Positions 60,043 to 64,000 of a DNA stretch of 64,000 bases are shown here, piece by piece (positions within the stretch are counted from its first letter, which is position 1; each line of letters opens with the position of its first letter). The notes below the pieces were generated by a model that saw only the letters and a program-made list of their open reading frames with translations, had not been told where the DNA came from and searched no databases. Position numbers and translations under genes: made by a program. The DNA lies in assembly GCF_058153355.1 (NCBI RefSeq), contig NZ_CM177019.1; one strand, given 5' to 3'.

Positions 60043-61468
60043 TAATGCCAGTCAGTTAAGCAACTGACTGGCTCTTTTTCGGGGCTGTGGGGTATTTCCA
60101 GGGCCTCTCCTTTACCACTCTCGGGAAGGCCCTTTCCCTTCTTGTCGGTAATTTCACAAGTTGTCCCATACTTGCAAGATCGCGCATCAGCTCCGGTATA
60201 CGTCCCGGTGAAGCGCCCTGCAATGTCATCAGCATTCTCATCACCATTCCGCATGATTCTGAGAAACTCAGTTGATTCGGCCAGTAACCTTTCAGATGTT
60301 CCGCCATTTTAATCATCTGATATCTCACCAGATTATAAGCCAGTAAGACACCCCACAGCTCTTGCTCCACAAGCTCCGGCTTTTTACTTCTCAGCGTCAG
60401 CCTGCTCAGTTGCATCGTCTGTTTTATCTCCCTGTATCCCAGTTCGATTTCCCAGCGATGACTGTACAGATCCGCCATTTCTCCTCCGGGGAAGCGCATG
60501 GCGTCCGTCATCGACGTCAGCAGATGGCAGACTTTTCCTTTGCGCGTCACGGTCAGCAGGCGGGCTGTCACTTCATTTCCCAGTCCCGGCCACTTTTTTC
60601 GTGCCTGCGGGCTGGTTTTCAGCTTCACCAGATGATCGCCTTTACCCAGTTTTCTGATCTCTTCATATTGCGCTCCCTTTCTGAGAGGTATCATCCAGTG
60701 GCGGTGTTCTCCCGCCAGGCTCCAGGCATTTAACAGTCCCAGTGAGTAATAACCTTTATCCATTAACGTCAGAGTGTTATCGCCGGTTTGTTCTATAAGT
60801 TGCTCAGCAAGCTCATTTTCGCTGTTCTTCATCGTGCCGAAGGCTGCAGCCGTCAGCAGATGGCTGGTCAGTTCCATCTGGCAGACCATTTTGACCTGCG
60901 GGTAGAGCGCCGGGTTCCCGGCATGTGTCTGGCGGGGGAAGGCTGCATCGTTCTCTGGTGTATCCGGTGTGCGCCAGAACACACCATCGATGGCCAGCAG
61001 GGTCAGGCCGCACCAGTGCGGATGCGGCGTGGCGTTATGCCAGAGCTGCGCTGTTTTCGTGAACACGCGGCGGACAGCCTCACTTCCCAGGCGCTGGCGG
61101 GCCTGAATAACGGCACTGGGGGCAACGAAGGGGCGATTGCCCGGCAGCATGATGTCCAGGCGATTCACAATCTGGTGAAGAGGTTCTTTACGCTCAAGCG
61201 CCATGCCAACAATACACCAGACCATCATTTCGAGGGGAAGACGGCGCTTGCGTAGCGTTACAGTACCTGATTCGGCAAGGCAACGAGAGATGAGTTCGGG
61301 GTCGAGGTAATCCCCCAGAGAAGTCAGTGGGTTACGCAGAGAATCGTAACGGGATACCAGATCAAGAGCCTGTCCAATGTGCATAAAAAAATCCGGAAAC
61401 AAGTGAGCGTTTCCGGATTCTTACACAGCCACTGGATCGGTCAACTGATCCTTAACTGATCGGCATTA
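60043..61468 (-). mobile_element. insertion sequence IS4, complete (1426 bp)
   Basis: ends TAATGCCAGTCAGTTAAG... and ...CTTAACTGATCGGCATTA (imperfect terminal inverted repeats); encodes IS4 transposase; flanked by 13-bp direct repeats. Confidence 0.9.
60056..61384 (-). CDS. insG: IS4 transposase InsG
   Basis: ORF opens at 61402; conserved 442-aa product starts at [20 protein letters not shown]; IS4-family DDE transposase. Confidence 0.9.
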   Translation of the reverse strand: MHIGQALDLVSRYDSLRNPLTSLGDYLDPELISRCLAESGTVTLRKRRLPLEMMVWCIVGMALERKEPLHQIVNRLDIMLPGNRPFVAPSAVIQARQRLGSEAVRRVFTKTAQLWHNATPHPHWCGLTLLAIDGVFWRTPDTPENDAAFPRQTHAGNPALYPQVKMVCQMELTSHLLTAAAFGTMKNSENELAEQLIEQTGDNTLTLMDKGYYSLGLLNAWSLAGEHRHWMIPLRKGAQYEEIRKLGKGDHLVKLKTSPQARKKWPGLGNEVTARLLTVTRKGKVCHLLTSMTDAMRFPGGEMADLYSHRWEIELGYREIKQTMQLSRLTLRSKKPELVEQELWGVLLAYNLVRYQMIKMAEHLKGYWPNQLSFSESCGMVMRMLMTLQGASPGRIPELMRDLASMGQLVKLPTRRERAFPRVVKERPWKYPTAPKKSQSVA

Positions 61469-61481
61469 CACCTCTTAGCTG
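61469..61481. repeat. 13-bp target-site duplication (right copy) of IS4
   Basis: CACCTCTTAGCTG immediately outside the IS4 right end. Confidence 0.85.
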
Positions 61482-61627
61482 GATTTACAATCAACGCATT
61501 GATTAGTTAGCTAATGTTGCTACTTCCTTCCCTGACTATTGATGATCTGAATGAATTGTCGCGGTAAAATAGCCCCGCCAGGGGTTTCCGGCATGACGAC
61601 AATTATCTGGAGGAGCCTGATAAAACA

Positions 61628-62659
61628 ATGATCGCTGAACTGTTTACAAATAATGCGCTTAATCTGGTCATTATTTTCGGTAGCTGCGCAGCATTGATTC
61701 TGATGAGCTTTTGGTTTCGCCGCGGAAATCGTAAAAGAAAAGGATTTTTATTCCATGCGGTGCAATTTTTAATCTACACCATAATTATCAGTGCTGTTGG
61801 TAGCATCATTAATTATGTTATAGAAAACTATAAACTCAAATTTATCACCCCAGGCGTTATCGATTTTATCTGTACGTCCCTGATTGCGGTTATTCTGACG
61901 ATTAAGTTATTTCTGCTGATTAATCAGTTTGAAAAACAGCAGATTAAAAAAGGTCGTGATATCACCAGTGCGCGGATTATGTCGCGTATCATCAAAATCA
62001 CCATTATTGTGGTACTTGTTTTGCTTTATGGCGAACATTTCGGCATGAGCCTTTCTGGCTTGCTGACCTTTGGTGGTATTGGTGGTCTGGCTGTCGGTAT
62101 GGCCGGTAAAGATATTTTGAGTAACTTCTTTTCCGGGATTATGCTCTATTTCGACCGTCCTTTTAGTATTGGCGACTGGATCCGTTCACCGGACAGAAAT
62201 ATCGAAGGTACAGTAGCGGAAATTGGCTGGCGAATTACCAAAATTACGACCTTTGATAATCGTCCGTTATACGTCCCGAACTCGCTGTTTTCGTCTATCA
62301 GCGTAGAAAACCCGGGGCGAATGACCAACCGACGTATTACCACGACAATCGGTTTACGTTATGAGGATGCGGCAAAAGTGGGAGCCATTGTCGAAGCCGT
62401 ACGTGAGATGCTTAAAAATCACCCAGCCATCGACCAGCGACAAACCTTACTGGTTTATTTCAACCAGTTTGCTGACTCGTCATTGAATATTATGGTTTAT
62501 TGCTTTACCAAAACCACAGTATGGGCTGAATGGCTTGCCGCCCAGCAGGATGTTTATTTGAAGATTATCGATATTGTACAGTCACACGGCGCGGATTTCG
62601 CGTTCCCAAGCCAGACGCTGTATATGGATAACATTACACCACCAGACCAGGGTCGTTAA
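61628..62659 (+). CDS. ynaI: MscS-family mechanosensitive channel YnaI
   Basis: 343-aa ORF with N-terminal TM helices and MscS core; matches YnaI. Confidence 0.9.
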   Translation: MIAELFTNNALNLVIIFGSCAALILMSFWFRRGNRKRKGFLFHAVQFLIYTIIISAVGSIINYVIENYKLKFITPGVIDFICTSLIAVILTIKLFLLINQFEKQQIKKGRDITSARIMSRIIKITIIVVLVLLYGEHFGMSLSGLLTFGGIGGLAVGMAGKDILSNFFSGIMLYFDRPFSIGDWIRSPDRNIEGTVAEIGWRITKITTFDNRPLYVPNSLFSSISVENPGRMTNRRITTTIGLRYEDAAKVGAIVEAVREMLKNHPAIDQRQTLLVYFNQFADSSLNIMVYCFTKTTVWAEWLAAQQDVYLKIIDIVQSHGADFAFPSQTLYMDNITPPDQGR

Positions 62660-62704
62660 TTCAGACATCACTGGCGTTACCCACAAGGGTAACGCCAGTT
62701 CACA

Positions 62705-64000
62705 TCAATGTTTCACAATATACATAGTCCGGCTATACGCCACATCTTCCGGGTTATTAATGGGATAACCTTTCAGCCACGGCTTGATTAATCGTCCATT
62801 GGTATATTGATAAATTGGTGCAATCGGTGCTTGCTCCATGAGGATTTTTTCTGCCGCATTGTAATCGGCATTACGCGCTTTAACGGTATTTTCCGTCGAT
62901 GCCTGGGCCAAAACTTTGTCGTAGGCCGGGTTGTTAAAGCGTGAAATGTTGCCTGAATGCGTTGACGTTAATAATGTCAGGAAGGTGGAGGGTTCATTAT
63001 AATCCCCCACCCACGAGGCGCGGATAACATCAAAATTACCTGTATTACGACTATCGATATAGGTTTTCCATTCCTGATTTTGCAATTTAACATCTACGCC
63101 AAGGTTCTTTTTCCACATCGATGCTACAGCAATCGCAATTTTTTGATGGTTTTCTGAAGTGTTATACAAAAGCGTCAGCTTCAGCGGTTTTTGCGGACCA
63201 TAACCAGCGGCGCTCAACAAAGTTTTTGCCTGCGCATTCAGTTCTTCCTGACTCATTTGTTCAAACGGCGAAGGTTCCGGCGTAAATCCCGCGGTAACAT
63301 CTGGTGTAAAATGCCACGCTGGCTTTTCGCCCGTCCCCAACACTTTTTCGGTCATCAGGCGGCGATCTATCGTCATACTTAATGCCAGGCGAACGCGCTG
63401 ATCTGCCGTCGGCCCTTTTTGCGTGTTAAACGCATAATAATAGGTCCCGAGCTGCGGCGGCGTATAAACCTGCCCCGGAATATCCTTCAACAGCTTCTGA
63501 TACATATTTTTCGGGAAGGATTCGGTGATATCAATATCCCCCGCGAGGTAACGCTTAGTGGCTGCGGATTCCTGATTAATTGGCAGGAAGGTCACTTTTT
63601 GCAGTACCGTTTTGGCGTTATCCCAATAATGGGTATTCGGTACCACGACCAGTTTTTCATTGACTACGCGCTCTTTAAGAACATAAGCGCCATTGCCGAT
63701 CAGATTTCCGGGTTTCGTCCACTCTTTACCGCTTTCTACGTTGGCTTTTTGCACCGGGAAGAAGGCAAAGTTAGCGGTTAAATTCACAAACCACGGCAAC
63801 GGTTTATCAAGCTGAATTTTCAAAGTATGGGCATCAACTGCGGTGACGCCAAGCTGGTCAGGCGTAGCTTTACCATCAATAATCGCCTGTGCGTTGTTGA
63901 TTCCCGCCAGCGCGGCAAACCATGCAAATGGCGATAGAGTTTTCGGGTCCACCAGACGCTGCCAGCTGTAGACAAAATCTTGCGCCGTTACCGGTATGCC
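62705..64000 (-). CDS. mppA: murein tripeptide ABC transporter periplasmic binding protein MppA, 3' portion (5' end beyond window)
   Basis: OppA-like family-5 solute-binding protein; open frame continues to the window edge; C-terminus ...YSRTMYIVKH. Confidence 0.85.
   Translation of the reverse strand, partial: GIPVTAQDFVYSWQRLVDPKTLSPFAWFAALAGINNAQAIIDGKATPDQLGVTAVDAHTLKIQLDKPLPWFVNLTANFAFFPVQKANVESGKEWTKPGNLIGNGAYVLKERVVNEKLVVVPNTHYWDNAKTVLQKVTFLPINQESAATKRYLAGDIDITESFPKNMYQKLLKDIPGQVYTPPQLGTYYYAFNTQKGPTADQRVRLALSMTIDRRLMTEKVLGTGEKPAWHFTPDVTAGFTPEPSPFEQMSQEELNAQAKTLLSAAGYGPQKPLKLTLLYNTSENHQKIAIAVASMWKKNLGVDVKLQNQEWKTYIDSRNTGNFDVIRASWVGDYNEPSTFLTLLTSTHSGNISRFNNPAYDKVLAQASTENTVKARNADYNAAEKILMEQAPIAPIYQYTNGRLIKPWLKGYPINNPEDVAYSRTMYIVKH

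Noticed and set aside
60087-61255. Plus-strand ORFs inside IS4 (60362..60733, 60788..61255)
   Set aside because: Antisense to the IS4 transposase; IS4 is known to encode a single transposase.

Overview
The window is Escherichia coli chromosome, matching (in reverse orientation) the K-12 interval that runs from rimL/ydcH/opgD through trg, hrpA, the ynbABCD operon, ydbA, ldhA, ydbK(pfo), ompN, ttcA, zntB, the abg operon, fnr and uspE to mppA. Gene identities were assigned by reading the supplied ORF translations and recognising well-known E. coli proteins; no database search was run, and all comparisons to K-12 are from memory. Three Hfq-type sRNA genes (micC, fnrS, mcaS) and the hokB/mokB/sokB type I toxin-antitoxin locus are recognisable directly in the DNA. 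The strain is clearly not K-12: (1) an AT-rich ~1.3 kb islet with a single 285-aa orphan ORF sits between ydcF and hrpA; (2) gapC is an intact 333-codon ORF; (3) the ydbA autotransporter is one uninterrupted 1832-codon ORF and lies directly next to ydbL, so the fea/tyn/paa cluster is absent; (4) the Rac prophage is absent, leaving only a 3' integrase fragment beside ttcA plus ~2 kb of AT-rich DNA with a decayed ABC-3 permease gene; (5) a complete IS4 with a 13-bp target duplication sits between ynaJ and ynaI; (6) ynbC shows a frame break. The best candidate for an undescribed function is the orphan islet ORF at 12156..13013. No CRISPR array, rRNA or tRNA gene was found.
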